Positions 40,401 to 43,407 of a stretch of 43,407 nucleotides of DNA are shown here, in pieces. The position numbers and the translations under genes were made by a program. The first letter of the stretch is position 1. Each line of letters opens with the position of its first letter. The stretch is from Welwitschia mirabilis (lineage: Eukaryota): NCBI GenBank assembly GCA_051453625.1, contig JBOZIK010000001.1, forward strand, positions 23,403,812 to 23,447,218, read 5' to 3'. A model generated the notes under the pieces. That model did no database searches. It was given only the letters and a program-made list of their open reading frames with translations, and was not told the DNA's origin.

Positions 40401-40919
40401 AAACTTGAAACTTTCATGATTTAACTCCTCTTTCTATATTTTATTTTTGTTGTATTAATCTAGAAGATAATGACTATTTTGTATATACACTATATACAAT
40501 ATATAAAAATAAATTTAAGGGCTAAATTAAATAATAAAAATGGTGGGTTTAACTGTTTATGTTCTGATTCATAAAAAAACATCACCTCAATTAAATTTAA
40601 GAATTGCTTTGCAACTTATTGAGAATAATAAGACTTTAATTGTTGATCATTCACTATAAAAATATTGTTTCCCTTAATATTTGCAATTGAAACTAATCCA
40701 TTGGTATGTTGTTTTATATAATGTAAGGGAGTTACCACCTTAATATCAACTTCTTATGAATATTACTTAGTCGAGAATCAAAGAGAAGAATAAACTCTCC
40801 TTTGTCAAATTATTTCCTTTTAACATTCTTATCATGGTAGATTTTTAATTTAGGCCTTGATAATAAGTTGACAATTCAATGCTTGAGTTATTTTTTTACT
40901 TAATTCATATAGTTGTCCT

Positions 40920-43260
40920 TTTTTAATCACAGTTATGATGCTCATTAGTGAGATTGATTGTGAATATAGTTTTAAGGGATTTATGGATCATACTCACAAG
41001 TAGAACACATTGCTTTCCATAGACAAGCTCATATGGGGTGAAACCTAGTGTAGTCTTAAAAGTAATGCAATAGGCCCATAGTACTTCATTCGGTTTGATA
41101 TTCCAATTTGTTCTATGGATAATGAGCACTTTTTATAACATATTTTTTTGGTTCTTAGTTGTTTCTTTTTACTAACCCATTCGTTTGAGGGTGATGTGCA
41201 TTTGCTATTCTGTGTTGGATACCATTTTTCATAAGCAATTTTTTTTACTATCCTATTAATGAAATATGTCTGCTAGTTAGAAACTAAAATTTGAAAAGAT
41301 CTGAACTTGCTTAGAATATTAGTTTTTAAAAATTTACAAACATGTTTGGCATGATTNNNNNNNNNNNNNNNNNNNNNNNNNNNNNNNNNNNNNNNNNNNN
41401 NNNNNNNNNNNNNNNNNNNNNNNNNNNNNNNNNNNNNNNNNNNNNNNNNNNNNNNNNNNNNNNNNNNNNNNNNNNNNNNNNNNNNNNNNNNNNNNNNNNN
41501 NNNNNNAATTAGATCTCTTCTTGTGATTCCTCCATAACATTAGCATTTTTCACATCTTTTCACAGACTCATGGGTATCTTTGAATAATGAGGCCTAATAA
41601 AAACTTGCATGTAAAACTTTTACAACTATTTTCCTTCCATCAAAGTACTCTCCTCCTACCTCTACATGACAAAGTTGTAATATCTCTTCTTATTCCCATT
41701 TTGGTATACATATTCTAATGATACAATCTACACATGTTTTGAATAAATAAGGTAAAATCCAAAAGTATTTATGAATTTGATGTCAAAATAATTTCATTCA
41801 TTGTCTATCCAATATTTAGGAGTCTGATGACATACCAAATAGTTTGGTAATGTCTACATACCAAGGGTCTTTAGATGGTTTATTAGATATTTGATAAGAG
41901 AGGATATGTTCATCTCAAAATTGATCATAAGGGTTATCATCATCTTGAATTTTAGATTTTATTAGCAAATAGGAAAGGTAATCATCCACTATGTTTTCAG
42001 TCTCTTTCTTATCAATGATTGAAATGTTAAATCCTTGAAGAAGAAGAATCCATCTCATAAATCAAGAATTTATCTGGGGCTTAAACAACATATATTTAAT
42101 GGCTATGTGATCTATATGAATATTATTATGAAAGCCACTAAGATAATTTCTAATCTATCTAATGATAGTACAATTGCTAACAATTCTCTCTTAATAGTTG
42201 AATAATTGATTTGAGCTAGATTTAGTATCCTACTAAAATAATCTATCACATGATTTTTCTTATAAGTAATCTATCACATTATTTTTCTTATCAATTTTTT
42301 GGCCCAAAATAGCTCCCATTGCATAGTTGTTAGCATCTGTCATTAATTCTAAACTAAAGTGCTAGTTGGAACCTTATAATATAGGAGCAGTCATTAATTT
42401 TTTCTTGAGTATCTCAAAGACTTTTTAATGATTATCATTTTAATTAAAAGTATATCTTTTTCTAACAAGGTATGAAGGGGATTACAAACGTTTAAATAGC
42501 CTTTAATAAACCTCCTATAAAAACCGACGTGCTTAAGAAATGATCTTAGTTGTTTAAGAAAGATGGAAGGTTCTAGATTTTAGATAACTTTAATCTTAGA
42601 GGGATCCATTTTGATGCCCTCCTTAGAAATAATATGACCTAAAACTACACCTTTAGTAAGCATAAAGAAAGATTTTTCCTAGCTTAATTTTAACCCACTC
42701 TCACTACATTGGTTTAGAATATTTTCTAAGTGTAGAATAGTTTTCTCAAAAGAGTTCCCTCATACTGAGAAATCATCCATGAAAACCTCCATAAAATCAT
42801 CAAGCATGTCAGTGAAAATACCTTGCATGATTCTTTAAAAAGTACCTAGGATGTTACATAAACCAAATGGCATCCTCTAGAATGCATACATATCAAAAGG
42901 TAAAGTAAAGGTTATTAAAGACTAATCTTTTGGTGCAATGTGGATTTGATTATATCTGCTGCATCCATCTAAAAAAACAATAGAAGTTGTACCCCTATAT
43001 TTTATCAAGCACTTGATCAAAAAATGGTAAGAGGAAAATGATCCTTTTTTGTTACTTGATTAAGTCTTTGGAAGTCTATACAGACCCTTTATTTGTTCCC
43101 TTTTTTCCGAACAATTGTTATTGGACTCACCCACTCACTATGACCAATTGGATAGATGATATTTGCATTCATAAGCTTAATGATTTTGTCATTTACAACT
43201 TATTTTAGGACTGGGTTTGATCTTCTCTAGGGTTGACATATAGGTTTTACCTTGTCCTCC
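40920..43260 (-). mobile_element. Degenerate Ty3/gypsy (Athila/Tat-like) pol in RT-RNase H-integrase order
   Basis: Minus strand: RMPFGLCN (~42876-42853), EVFMDDF (~42789-42769), RNase H MTDANNYAMGAILG (~42343-42302), and integrase NWNIKPNEVLWAYCITFKTTLGFTPYELVYGKQC (40923-41129 ORF). Many stops and frameshifts. Confidence 0.93.
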
Positions 43261-43407
43261 AAATAAATTTTTTATTATATTATGTGTGGAAAGACATTTA
43301 CAAGGTCTCTATGAGTTCATGCAAAAGAATCAACCTTCTTATGTAATAATAAAATGAGGATTTTCTCTCATTCAACATTTAATTAACAACTAATTACGAA
43401 GGATTCA

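Overview
AT-rich, repeat-laden land-plant genomic scaffold with several N gaps. Two intact host genes are visible. The first is an intronless S40 (DUF584) senescence-regulator gene at 5750-6361 (+), in a GC/CpG-rich island with ABRE and TCP motifs. The second is a four-exon gene at 25078-23466 (-), reconstructed here by hand, encoding a 348-aa secreted protein with two tandem DUF3455-like domains. The rest is mostly decayed mobile DNA: a Helitron2/Helentron-type RepHel pseudogene (~700-4030), a LINE/L1 remnant, a Ty1/copia 3' end with PPT and LTR, an Athila-like LTR/PBS/gag, and a Ty3/gypsy pol on the - strand. A ~350-bp tandem repeat array is split by a 4.6-kb LTR-like insertion with an exact GTAGC target-site duplication, and it has an inverted, longer relative just upstream. 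There is also an old ~1.6-kb tandem duplication. All family assignments come from motif recognition by eye, not from database searches.
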